Below are positions 30,433-40,480 of a stretch of DNA of 64,000 nucleotides, piece after piece. Both the position numbers and the translations under genes were made by a program. This DNA is from Akkermansia muciniphila (lineage in GTDB: Bacteria > Verrucomicrobiota > Verrucomicrobiia > Limisphaerales > UBA9464), in NCBI GenBank assembly GCA_945898055.1, contig CAMDGV010000018.1, positions 25-64,024 on the forward strand. The letters are read 5' to 3'. Below the pieces are notes generated by a model. It made no database searches. It had not been told where the DNA came from and was given only the letters and a program-made list of their open reading frames with translations. Each line of letters begins with the position of its first letter. Position 1 is the stretch's first letter.

Positions 30433-31255
30433 CCGATTTACGAGAGTGTGCCGAGGATCTAGCTTCCATGTAACTCCCTAAGCAATGGGCAAGGCTGCCC
30501 TTGGCCCCATACCAGTCCACTTTCCCCATCGGTAAATACAGCATGAGCTTGGCAGCGCGGATGAAAAGGCCAGGCAGAGTCGGACGATGCGCTTGGATCA
30601 GGCGACTCGCAGCGCGATAGTCGACTCGACCCTTTCGGTAGAAAGCGCGGATGGACTGTCGGCTAATATAGTAAACCCGGGCCGCATGAACCGCCGCCAC
30701 AGTTTCGCCTGATTTTAGAGCATCCAAGTACCATTGAAGATCTTCCCCACCGCCGATTTCCTCGTCGAACCGGCGGGATTCCCAAGCAATTCGGCGGTAC
30801 AGAGCATTTGGATTTCCTGCGCCAAACCCGAATCCCATTCGCAAGTCATCACCTTCAAAGAGGGTAATACCTCCCGGGATCGCGGCGTCAAATTCACCAA
30901 TTATCGGACCAACCGAGGCACTGACCGTGGCAGGAAAACGGTCAACGGCTTGTCGGTAGGTATCCAAAAAGTTATAAGACGTCGGAACAGTATGGGAACT
31001 GAGGCTCAACACCCAGGGATGTCGAGCGGCTTCAAATCCGAGGTTCAAGGCGCGGCCATAAGTAAAGCGACTTCTCTCGATCGGCACAATGCAGGCACCA
31101 GCAGCGTGTGCGAGCTCCAAGGTGGTATCGGTGGATCCCGAATCGACCACAATTATTTGGTCATCGGGTCTTTGATTTAACGCTTCAAGTACTCGGCCGA
31201 AAGTAGCGGCGGAGTTGAGCGTGCGAATCACAATGCTGATGGGTGTCGGCGGCAT
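30407..31255 (-). CDS. Glycosyltransferase family 2 (rhamnosyltransferase-like)
   Basis: ISIVIRTLN, VVDSGSTDTT, FTYGRALN.G, FDE...ED. Confidence 0.88.
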   Translation of the reverse strand: MPPTPISIVIRTLNSAATFGRVLEALNQRPDDQIIVVDSGSTDTTLELAHAAGACIVPIERSRFTYGRALNLGFEAARHPWVLSLSSHTVPTSYNFLDTYRQAVDRFPATVSASVGPIIGEFDAAIPGGITLFEGDDLRMGFGFGAGNPNALYRRIAWESRRFDEEIGGGEDLQWYLDALKSGETVAAVHAARVYYISRQSIRAFYRKGRVDYRAASRLIQAHRPTLPGLFIRAAKLMLYLPMGKVDWYGAKGSLAHCLGSYMEARSSAHSRKSGDFNRSDQ

Positions 31256-31391
31256 GATACAGGGGCGAAAGAGTAACTAAAGTCCGCGATCACGTGAAGT
31301 CTGCTGAAAGGACGGCCTTAGTTTGAGAAGAAGAAGAGCGAGGACGATCTTGCGTCGGAAGCCAAACCGGTTTCACTTTGGGGTTGTCGAT

Positions 31392-32804
31392 ATGACTGAT
31401 TCTCAAGATACCCATCAGAAGGCACTTCAGATAAACTTGGATCCGACCAAGTATGGAGTGTTTGCTGAAATTGGAGCGGGGCAAGAGGTGGCACGGTGGT
31501 TTTTTCGCGTGGGCGGAGCGAGTGGCACCATTGCCAAGACCATTTCGGCTTACGACATGACCGTTAGCGATGCCATTTACGGGCAGAGTGACCGCTATGT
31601 AAGCCGCAAGCGTTTGTCCTCAATGCTTGAGCATGAGTATCTCTTGATCGTGGATCGGTTAAAGGAACAGCGCGGGACGACGACTAAGTTTTTTGCCTTT
31701 GCCAACACTCTAGCGGCGCGAAGTTTTCAGAGAAAAGAAGAGACCCATGGCTGGATGGGTATCCGTTTCCAGACCGAGCCCAGAGGTGAACCCAGTGATA
31801 TTCTCATTCACGTGGTCATGTGGGATCGCGACAACTTGCAGCAAGCAGAAGCGATTGGAGTGCTCGGAGTGAATCTGATTCATGCAGCCATGTATCTGCA
31901 TCAGAGGCCCGAAGCCATCGTCAACGCCCTACTCGATAGCCTCTCCATCGCTCGAATCGAAGTGGATATGATTGAGTTTCGGGGAGCTGAGTTTAACAGC
32001 GTGGACAATCGGCTTCTTGCGCTCCAGTTGGTTGAGAAAGGGTTAACCAACGCAGCGATGTTTCTTCCCGACGGTCGCATTGTCCAACCGGCGGATGCCT
32101 TGCATAAAAAGTGCATTTTGGTCGAGCGCGGTTCCTTTCGTCCTGTGACTAAAGTCACCGTGGACATGTTACGGTACGCGCAGGCGCAGTTTATCCAGGA
32201 GCCCCATGTGGATCCGAAGAGCGTGGTGGTGTTAATGGAGATGACCCTTAAAAACCTGAGTTCGGAGGGCAAAATTGATCACCAAGATTTCTTAGACCGG
32301 GTGGATATGTTGGCAACGCTCGGAAATCCCGTCTTGATTTCTAACTACGGCGAGTTTCATCGATTGGCGGCCTATCTCCACCGTTTTACCAAAGGGCCCG
32401 TGGGCTTTGTTATGGGCATTCCGACACTCAAGGAATTGTTTGAAGAAAAGTATTACACTGAGTTATCGGGAGGGATTTTAGAGAGCTTCGGCCGGATGTT
32501 TAAAAACGACCTCAAGCTTTATGTTTACCCCTTTAAAGAACCGGAGAGCAACGCGATTATCACCTCTGGCAATTTGCGCGTTGCCCCGCATTTACGGCAT
32601 CTTTATCTCTATTTGATGGAGAATTTCTTCATTCAAGGACTACGCGATGTCAATGAGTCGAATATGTCGATCCTCAGCCGGAACGTCTTAAGCATGCTGC
32701 AAAATCAGGAGGCAGGCTGGGAAACAATGGTGCCAGAACAAGTTGCCGATCTGATTAAAGAAAGAAATCTCCTGGGGCACGGTACGGTGCAGGCTCCTGA
32801 CTGA
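31392..32804 (+). CDS. Conserved protein of the family often labelled nicotinate-nucleotide adenylyltransferase-like (CinA-like N-terminus plus nucleotidyltransferase-like C-terminus)
   Basis: KALQINLD..YG.FAEIGAGQEVARWFF..GGASGTIAK.ISAYDM..SDAIYG, ERGSFRPVT. Confidence 0.7.
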   Translation: MTDSQDTHQKALQINLDPTKYGVFAEIGAGQEVARWFFRVGGASGTIAKTISAYDMTVSDAIYGQSDRYVSRKRLSSMLEHEYLLIVDRLKEQRGTTTKFFAFANTLAARSFQRKEETHGWMGIRFQTEPRGEPSDILIHVVMWDRDNLQQAEAIGVLGVNLIHAAMYLHQRPEAIVNALLDSLSIARIEVDMIEFRGAEFNSVDNRLLALQLVEKGLTNAAMFLPDGRIVQPADALHKKCILVERGSFRPVTKVTVDMLRYAQAQFIQEPHVDPKSVVVLMEMTLKNLSSEGKIDHQDFLDRVDMLATLGNPVLISNYGEFHRLAAYLHRFTKGPVGFVMGIPTLKELFEEKYYTELSGGILESFGRMFKNDLKLYVYPFKEPESNAIITSGNLRVAPHLRHLYLYLMENFFIQGLRDVNESNMSILSRNVLSMLQNQEAGWETMVPEQVADLIKERNLLGHGTVQAPD

Positions 32805-33631
32805 TGACCTCGTGACGTTTAGTCACTTTGTGGCGTGGCGAAGCCCAACGCTGCACCAACTCCCCGCGGTCTGTGACGAGCAGCAGGCCCCTGGTCTCCG
32901 TGTCGAGACACCCGACGCTGGTGATCGGTGGGTTTCGACGGTTCCACTGTTCCGGGAGACAGTGATAGAGATCTTCCGAGATTTAATTTTGGTCGTTAAT
33001 AAAGCGGTCCAGGATCTTAGTAAACGCATTGAGGCAGATGCCCCCAAAGTTTTACCTAAAGGGATGGGGCGATTAACCCATGAGAACATAGAGACAGAGG
33101 TTCGCGACTGGAATCGTCTTCAAACCGCCGCGCAATCGGGAGTTACTCAGGACTGACCGGAGGGGTCAGTTTTTCGGAAAGCGGTGCGTGACCCGTTCAA
33201 ATTCCTAGTCTTCAACGACCGATTGATAGAGTGGGCGCGCTCGCTTTCCCACCCTTAAACGTTACGGACATCACCCTCGTGGGCAGGCGCTAAAAAAGGC
33301 GACTGACCCGGATAGCAGGTTGTGACGCTTAACTTCAAAGCGGCCACACCGTGGGAAAGACGTTGAACCGAAAAGGCGGATAAGAGAGGGAAACGATTTA
33401 AGTGAATGGTAATCAAAATAATTTAGCGAAATAACACCCCTAGAAAAAGACAGCAGAGAAGAGCTTCTATAAAAGTGCAGAAAAGAGCCAATTCGCTTCA
33501 ATATCGAATTATTTGGTTCGTGCAACCTAATGCCAAATTCAAAGAAAAATCCGCCCTAAAAAACTCAATAAAATGAAAAAATCCGCTCAGAATCAGAAAA
33601 TAGTAAAAATATCCTTGTCCTCTTACATAGC

Positions 33632-33655
33632 AGGAATTTGCTTTTTGAGGCGGAG
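33632..33655 (-). repeat. Dispersed junction repeat, copy 5
   Basis: Reverse complement reads CTCCGCCTCAAAAAGCAAATTCCT. Confidence 0.85.
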
Positions 33656-33903
33656 TTCAAGATGCTTCGTGCCATCCCGTTTATTTAATCACTCCAAACA
33701 AAATCCCTCAACACAAAAATGAAAGGAAATGCACACTGACCCCTATTTCTCCTATTTCCCCATCTGATTAAATCTTCTCTGATTCGGTATGTTCGATGAC
33801 GCGCTCAATCTATTTATCCTTGATTCCGACCCGGTCGGGTCGCTGGCGCGTGTGCCGAAAATATTATCTTTGCAGGAATCGTGGCATCAGACTCTATCTT
33901 CTC

Positions 33904-33964
33904 AGCGAATGCTTCACATCAGCGGCGTAGCGAAGCGAAGTCCGCTGGATGTGATTGTTAGCGG
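33904..33964 (-). repeat. Integron attC site with degenerate R' box
   Basis: Minus strand: CGCTAAC AATCACATCCAGCGGAC..GCCGCTGATGTGAAGC ATTCGCT. An imperfect palindrome with an extrahelical base, about 30 nt after an ORF stop. Confidence 0.78.
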
Positions 33965-33993
33965 TACATGTCACTCGAAATCCCATCGACTCT

Positions 33994-34371
33994 TTAGGGT
34001 CGCCTTGAGCTGGTTAATCTAATCTTCGCGAAACTAATCATCCATTCGATAAACTCACTGTCTCCTTCTTTAAATTTATTCAATGATTCTATCCATTCAT
34101 TTTCAGTTCCCGGAAAGTCGATTTCGGCTAATTCGATCACTATTTCTTCGCTCGGTAAATATTTAATTCCAAGATCAGAATCCCCGTAATTAAAAGACTC
34201 TGTAATTACATTTCCTTTGATATCCACGATTAAATGAGGATCTCTCATGACAAAAGACACGTATCGAGATTGACCCTTTGTTTTAATGGTCAACTCACAG
34301 TCCTTGCCATTACCAGATATAATCATTTCTTCCAGAAAATGCCCTTCAATGGGTAATTTTTTTAAAGCCAT
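33994..34371 (-). CDS. Integron cassette hypothetical protein (acidic, AT-rich)
   Basis: 125-aa ORF preceded by GTTAGTG (34406-34400) and followed by an attC. Confidence 0.7.
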   Translation of the reverse strand: MALKKLPIEGHFLEEMIISGNGKDCELTIKTKGQSRYVSFVMRDPHLIVDIKGNVITESFNYGDSDLGIKYLPSEEIVIELAEIDFPGTENEWIESLNKFKEGDSEFIEWMISFAKIRLTSSRRP

Positions 34372-34616
34372 TTTTTTCCATTAACTCTGTAGATTGCATC
34401 ACTAACGTTGTTTAGGACTCATTTGGGGCTGCCGGCGCTTGTTTTTCAGTAGATACCATGTCTCCTTGGGCAAGAGTCCCTGTCGGTTCTCGCCTACTTC
34501 GGAGAAAAGAAACCGACCGACCTTCACCTCCAAATTCAGCCTTTGACACTTTTATAGGAGAAAAGCTGCGTGGCCGAAACGGATGTTCCGTGATAGGAGT
34601 CCATGATTTTGTTAAG

Positions 34617-34693
34617 GGTTAACTTGAAGCTAACCGGCGTGCGGCATCGGGCGAAGAACGCTGTGGTACGTCCGGTTGAGCGTAGGGTTGGGA
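34617..34693 (-). repeat. Integron attC site
   Basis: Minus strand: TCCCAAC CCTACGCTCAACCGGACG...CGCCGGTTAGCTTCAA GTTAACC, with R''/L''/L'/R' layout and an extrahelical base. Confidence 0.8.
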
Positions 34694-35215
34694 TGTTTGG
34701 GTTTTGTGTTATTTCTGCAGGAAGAGGGCTTGCGTGACGGCTTCGGGAGTGGGGCTTCGGTTAAGTCGCTGTCCTGGCTTTTGTGGGCTTGGATTTCTCC
34801 GGCTGCGGTCGCCGTGGTGATCGCGAAGTTGGAGGTTTGACCGGACCGTATGCGAAGCAGGCGCAGGTTGAGTTTAATGCCTCGGACGGAGGGGGGCCCG
34901 CGGCTCGCGTCGGTTGGAAAGCCGTCCATGAACTGGTCGGCGACCGCGTGAATGACTACTCGCAGCAGAATGGTGGTTTTATTGAGCATGCGGGAGGTGT
35001 CAAGGTGGCTAAAAAGCAGGCGGAGTAATCAGATAGTCAAATAGAAAACGGGTAAGGGGTCAAAAACTTGAAATGTGAGGGTTTGATGACGATTGGTTCG
35101 CGGAATTACCCGGAAGCCGGGTCAGCGAAGGGTTGCCGACTTTGGCCGTACGGGTTGCCTCGGCTCGGACTCGGTAACGGGCTCCGCAACCTGGATGGGA
35201 AATTGCCGACTTCGA

Positions 35216-35900
35216 TAAAGGGGTCAGTTCTTAAAGGGGTCAGTTCTTGATATTGATGTGTTAAGCGGCCAAATCCACTCCCCCGGCATGGTCCGCAAGT
35301 TGAGAGTCGAGTATTCTGGGGCGATTTATCACGTCAGGAATCGCGGTGACCGGCGCGAACGGATCGCCAGCGCTTCGGAGAGACGCTGGGCGAGGTTGGC
35401 GCCAAGACGGGCTGGAAGGTTCACGCCTATGTCCTCAGGCCGAATCATTTTCATTGGGTGGTTGAGACGCCGCAGCCCAATCGGATCGCCGGGATGAAAG
35501 GGTTGCTGGGAACTGACACGAGTCGCTGCAACCGGCGGCCCAAGCTTTTCGGCCACTTGTTCTCCGGGCGCTCCAAGTCGCTGATCGTGGACGGGGCGGG
35601 CAGCGGTTATCGCGAGAGCGTGGGCGATTACGTCCACTTGAATCCGGCGCGGCTGGGGTCTGGGCGAGGGGACTTTTCGGGAGGAGTTGCCGACGCAGAT
35701 GAGCGAGCGGATGGGGGCGGAGCCCTACGGCGAAGAGCGCGCGGAGACGGCGGAGGCGCTGGCGGAACAAATCATCGCGGAGGAGTTGAAGCGGGGGCGA
35801 TGGCAGGAAGCTGATCTCAAAACTCGGCCCAAGGGGAATTCAGTGAGGTCGAATTTGGCGGCTCGCTGGCGGGCGGAGACGATGACGGTGGCGGTGGCGG
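35216..35900 (+). mobile_element. Second degenerate, internally deleted RAYT/Y1 transposase element
   Basis: Left end is a tandem TAAAGGGGTCAGTTCT x2 plus TGATATTGAT. MVRKLRVEYSGAIYHV.NRGDRRE, NHFH (HUH), YVHLNPAR; highly similar to 10555-11239. Confidence 0.85.
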
Positions 35901-35931
35901 TGGCGGTGCATCCCGATGTTGTTGGCAAAGT

Positions 35932-36270
35932 TCAGTTCCAAAGGTGGGAATAATCGTTATTTTTCACCAGCACGGCCAACCGCAGCACGGAAGTGAGGCC
36001 GTCGCGGGTCCAAAATTGTCCACAGCCTCGAAGTCTGCCTTGAAGCTGTTTACCCAAGGACTCGACAGCGCCGCTTCCCATGGGAGTTCCTGCTTTTTCC
36101 ATCTGTTGATACTGCAGATGTTCTCGATGATCTTGAAAGTAGCTGACCTCCCGGTTGATGGTCTTCTGATCTTCTGCCGTCCGTTGGCTTTGCGTTTGCA
36201 ATAGGTCCTCCAATCGACGAACCGTCCGCGCCTGTACAACGACGATTATTCTTCCTAGGGGGAAGAATAA
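35932..36270 (-). pseudogene. ISKra4/ISLre2-like (UPF0236) DDE transposase, C-terminal fragment
   Basis: YF..HREHLQY.....G.PMGSGAVES..KQLQ.RL...GQFW. Confidence 0.75.
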
Positions 36271-36279
36271 TTGTCGTTG

Positions 36280-36620
36280 TACATTCTCCACCACCACGGG
36301 GGCAATCTCCGCCAGCGTAGCCGTCCAATCGGCTGGTTGCTCCCATTGATCCAACGAGGCTACCTGCGGTCGGTCGCGCCGGTAATTGACTCGCAGTGCC
36401 GGAAGCTTCATCAGACCTCGACTTTCCAGTTTAAGCAACAAGCTGCGCGCCGCAAAATCCTTGAGGCGCTCCCGTCCGTCCACCCATTTCCACTCTTGGC
36501 ACAGATTGCGCGCAATCCGTTTGCGGCTCCAGTCCGGATTCGCATCAATCCAGCCCTGCAGCCATGGTAAATCCCCGGGCGCTCTTTGCCGCCCCTGTAA
36601 TGCAAATTCAGTTTCGATGC
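36280..36620 (-). pseudogene. DUF4338 (DruA-like, IS-associated) N-terminal fragment
   Basis: LQGR......L.WLQGWIDANPDWSRKRIARNLCQEWKW.DGRERLKDFAARSLLLKLE.RG...LP. Confidence 0.65.
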
Positions 36621-36654
36621 TCCGACTGTGGCCTCTACCAACCAGATAGCTCTG

Positions 36655-37580
36655 CTAAACCAACAACAACTTCGGGATGCACGGCGCCGAACCCAGTGCT
36701 TGAATCTCCGTCGCTCCCATCAGCGACGCTTCAAAGTCTGAGTTCAGCTCGTAGCTCACATGCTCCGCCGTCACATCCTCCGACATCGCCTCGGCCGAGT
36801 GCCACCAATACACCCAAAGCAACACCTCATTCAGCGACGTCGTCACCGATGCGGAAATGCCCGCAATGATGCTGCTTTCGCCCGCTTGACGGATGGACAG
36901 CGCCTCCGCGCTTTCACTCACCCGCTTCTGGCTCACCAGCAGGACCGACCCGAGCCCCGCCAGCAACCGCTCCACTCGATCCAGTGCGCGATCAAACGTC
37001 GAGAGTCCATCACCCTTGAACTCCAGGTAGCTCGCCGTCGCACCGAGCGTGTCCGGCGCCCACGCCGTCGTGGACCCGATGCGCATTGCGCACTCTTGTC
37101 GAAGCTCGTCACAAACGCCGTCGGAAGTGCAGTGAGGTGCATCCCGTGTTTGTACTCCGTATTCAGCCGGTAGTGATGCAAGTTCGCCGACCCGATGTCT
37201 TCGATCGGCGACTTCGCCACCGCCGGACGCGAGTGCGCCGGACCGTGGTAGATGAACGGAATGGCGAAGAGAGGTTTGCCCAAATGCAGCGGTGTGGACG
37301 TGCGGATGAGCTGCTATTCCTTCTCCTTCTTTCGGATCTTGCCCGGCCAGATCTGCCAGATCTCCACCTGATACTCGAAGCCAACTTCCTCCCCATTCTT
37401 GGCGGCCTTCGTGGGAACCAACTGCAAAACGCGTCTCTGCTGAACCGTCTCCACCACGAACGGGGCAGCAGCCTGGGATTCATCGGTGGCAGACTCGGCG
37501 AGCCCCAGCAGGCTCAACTTCAGCAGGCCATTGATGCGCGTCTGTCGCCAGCTCAGGATCGACTCGGCGGCATATAAAGT
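36655..37580 (-). pseudogene. Phage portal protein (DUF4055-like), frameshifted remnant
   Basis: Pieces in three frames: LYAAESILSWR, IPFIYHGP...NLHHYR...YKHGMH.TALPT, A.YLEF.G.GL, ESAEAL.IRQAGE.S. Confidence 0.75.
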
Positions 37581-37794
37581 ACCCCACCGAGAAATCTTTT
37601 TATCCACAATGAAAAAATCTAGCCAGCAAGCGCATTACTCATCAGGCCTCAACTAAGCGCATCTCACTATATTTTTGACCCAAAAACAAATAATCGCTCA
37701 CATTCTGAAAAGGTCTCTAAAAGACTCTCAAACGCGAACAAAAACACGTATTACTAATAAAATTCAACCTCCTCCATCGACTCAAGAAAACGGC

Positions 37795-37810
37795 TGGCAC
37801 GCACGATGCT
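37795..37810 (+). promoter_or_regulatory. Sigma54 (-24/-12) promoter of the urea/urease locus
   Basis: TGGCACGCACGATGCT versus consensus TGGCACG-N4-TTGCW (one mismatch), about 50 nt upstream of the porin ATG. Confidence 0.75.
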
Positions 37811-37861
37811 AGTCCGTTCGAAGGCATAATATGTTATGCTAAAAAGTAGGAACTTCTAAAA

Positions 37862-39157
37862 ATGACAACTGTCACTACTGTAAGCCAAAAAAAATGTATA
37901 CCAAGACGCGGAAAATCCGCTCTTGCTATAGGTATAATAGCAGCTTCATCGCTCGCCTCTCTGCCTGAAAACATTAGAGCAGCAGATTCTGAGTCCTTTG
38001 ATAAATTAGAACAGGAAAATAAAGACCTCAGAACACGCCTTGATGTTTTAGAAGGTATTGCCCGGAAAGAAGGTATTCTGCCAAATGATAAATCAAAATC
38101 AAAACTGGTCTCGGCAATGTCCAGTGTCTCAATAAGTGGGTTTGTTCAAGCATCTTATTTTTACAATCTCGATAAACCCGCTGATAAACACTCAGACGGT
38201 TATTTATGGAATAATACGGACAACTCATTCTCACTTAATAAGTTTAAATTGACACTAGCCAGTCCCCCAGTTGCTACCGATTCCTGGGATGCTGGCTTTC
38301 GGACCTCCCTGCTCCTAGGTGAGGACTCACCTAATCTAAATACGGGGTCTCCGATGGCTGGATTTGAATCCCTAAGGGAGGCTTTTGTTGAGCTGAATGT
38401 TCCTGTCGGAACCGGACTAAATGTCAAAGCCGGTCAACTAATCTCACTGTTGAATTATGAGTCAGGCGACGGTGGGGCAGCCAATGATAACTTCTCGCAA
38501 GGAAACCAATGGTGGTTTACCGGCAACGGACCTTCTGCGGGCGTACAACTTGGCTATTCACTGACTGAAACCGTGGGCCTCAAGGTTCGAGTTCAAAACG
38601 GAATGTTTGCCGGGCCGGTCGATAGCAATGAAGGTAAAGCCCTTCTTACTAGCCTTGGATTTAAGCCTACTGACAAATCGTGGGTGAGCCTCATTGGATG
38701 GTATAGCGAAGAAAATGCCACGACTGACGTTACAGGGGGCTCAATTCTTGCGGGCTACAAAATCACCGACAACTTAAACACTGGCCTTGAGGCCGATTAC
38801 TTTCATTTTGTAAATGCTCTTAAGGCTGACTCTGACCTCTGGTCTATAGGGACTTGGTTCTCCTACAGCCTTACCTCTAAAACTGCGCTCGCGCTGAGAG
38901 CTGATTATATTCAAAACCCTGATGGGGTGCTCGGACCTGCTGTCCGACCGAACGCTGGAATTTTGTCACCTGATTTGGATGGAAGCCTTGGTAGTTTAAC
39001 CCTCACGTATAACTATAAGCCGACACCTAACCTAAAAATTCAACCCGAGGTTCGTTATGATTACACTACTTACACGGGTCTTGGAGGGGCGCCTGGTGCC
39101 CTAGATGGAAGTAAAACGCGGGTCATCGTTGGTGCGGGAATCTCTTACCTATTTTAA
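37862..39157 (+). CDS. Outer-membrane beta-barrel porin (DUF1597/BBP2-like), first gene of the urea operon
   Basis: Signal region, coiled-coil, SGFVQASYFYN, LREAFVE, PEVRYD, C-terminal YLF. Confidence 0.8.
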   Translation: MTTVTTVSQKKCIPRRGKSALAIGIIAASSLASLPENIRAADSESFDKLEQENKDLRTRLDVLEGIARKEGILPNDKSKSKLVSAMSSVSISGFVQASYFYNLDKPADKHSDGYLWNNTDNSFSLNKFKLTLASPPVATDSWDAGFRTSLLLGEDSPNLNTGSPMAGFESLREAFVELNVPVGTGLNVKAGQLISLLNYESGDGGAANDNFSQGNQWWFTGNGPSAGVQLGYSLTETVGLKVRVQNGMFAGPVDSNEGKALLTSLGFKPTDKSWVSLIGWYSEENATTDVTGGSILAGYKITDNLNTGLEADYFHFVNALKADSDLWSIGTWFSYSLTSKTALALRADYIQNPDGVLGPAVRPNAGILSPDLDGSLGSLTLTYNYKPTPNLKIQPEVRYDYTTYTGLGGAPGALDGSKTRVIVGAGISYLF

Positions 39158-39175
39158 ATCCTAACTAATAATAAA

Positions 39176-40402
39176 ATGAAATTTACATATTCTAAGCAGG
39201 TACTTGCTTTAGTTGCCGGGATTATGACCTGTGCAACTCAGGCTGCCGAGACAGTCAAAGTCGGAATCCTTCACTCCCTCAGCGGAACAATGGCTATCAG
39301 TGAAACCTCCCTCAAGGACGTTTTGCTCTTTACCTTCGATGAGATTAACAAGTCAGGGGGTGTTCTTGGGAAAATGATTGAGCCCGTCGTGGTTGATCCA
39401 GCTTCAAACTGGCCCCTCTTTGCCGAGAAAGCGGAACAACTTCTCGTTAAAGACAAGGTTTCAGTCGTCTTCGGTTGCTGGACCTCGGTCAGCCGTAAAT
39501 CGTGCCTTCCTGTCTTCGAAAAAGAAAACGGTCTGCTCTTTTATCCAGTTCAATATGAGGGAGAAGAACTCTCTCAAAACATTTTTTATACTGCCGAAGC
39601 GGTTAACCAACAGGCTATTCCGCCAGTTGACTACATGCTTGCTGAAGGCAAGACCAAGTTTTACCTGCTAGGCTCTGATTACGTTTATCCAAGAACGACC
39701 AACAAGATCCTAAAAAAATATCTAAAGTCTAAGGGCATTCCCGATGATGACATCGAGGAAATCTATACGCCGTTTGGCCATACCGATTACCAGACGATAG
39801 TAGCCTCGATCAAAAAGTTCTCATCTGGAGGTAAAGCTTGTATCATTTCAACATTAAACGGAGATACAAATATACCCTTCTTTAAGGAGTTCGCCAATGC
39901 CGGACTAACCTCCGAGAATTGCCCAGTCGTATCGTTCTCAATCTCGGAAGATGAGTTCCGAGGTCTTCCCGCAAAACAATTGGCAGGTCATCTGGGCTGT
40001 TGGACTTACTTTATGTCGATTAAAACACCCGAGAACAAAAAATTCGTTGGCGACTTCCTTTCTTGGGTAAAGAAACCGAAAGTGACCGGAGTTGATTATA
40101 CCGTTTCCGGTGTTGATCCAAACGGTCGCGTTACCTGCAGTCCAATGAATCTGTCCCGAATGGGTGTCTATCTTTGGAAGCAAGCTGTCGAGAAAGCAGG
40201 AAGCTTCGAGGTCGACAAGGTACGGGTTGCTATGGCGGGGCAAAAATTTAGGGGCCCCGTTTGTGAGGTAACTATGCAAGAAAACCATCATCTGGTTAAC
40301 GATGTCTTCATCGGCGAAACTCTCCCGACCGGTCAATTTAAGGTGATTAAAACCTTTAAATCTGTGGCGGGAGAACCGTTCAGTGCGAAGTTCCTAAAGT
40401 AG
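39176..40402 (+). CDS. urtA: Urea ABC transporter substrate-binding protein
   Basis: [56 protein letters not shown]. Confidence 0.96.
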   Translation: MKFTYSKQVLALVAGIMTCATQAAETVKVGILHSLSGTMAISETSLKDVLLFTFDEINKSGGVLGKMIEPVVVDPASNWPLFAEKAEQLLVKDKVSVVFGCWTSVSRKSCLPVFEKENGLLFYPVQYEGEELSQNIFYTAEAVNQQAIPPVDYMLAEGKTKFYLLGSDYVYPRTTNKILKKYLKSKGIPDDDIEEIYTPFGHTDYQTIVASIKKFSSGGKACIISTLNGDTNIPFFKEFANAGLTSENCPVVSFSISEDEFRGLPAKQLAGHLGCWTYFMSIKTPENKKFVGDFLSWVKKPKVTGVDYTVSGVDPNGRVTCSPMNLSRMGVYLWKQAVEKAGSFEVDKVRVAMAGQKFRGPVCEVTMQENHHLVNDVFIGETLPTGQFKVIKTFKSVAGEPFSAKFLK

Positions 40403-40420
40403 TTTGTGTTGTTAGCAGCG

Positions 40421-40450
40421 AATAAGGCGGGCCTCTCGGCCTGCCTTATT
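40421..40450 (+). terminator. Stem-loop after urtA (attenuator or mRNA stabiliser)
   Basis: AATAAGGCGGGCC-TCTC-GGCCTGCCTTATT hairpin. Confidence 0.6.
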
Positions 40451-40480
40451 CTTAAAATCGTCCCTAAACCTCGAGAAGAT

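Noticed and set aside
32812-33600. Short ORFs after the CinA-like gene
   Set aside because: No recognisable motifs or start signals; probably degraded sequence.
36280-36620. Druantia defence system
   Set aside because: Only a short DUF4338 N-terminal fragment is present, with no DruE helicase or other dru genes.
36655-37580. Prophage
   Set aside because: A single frameshifted portal remnant with no other phage genes.
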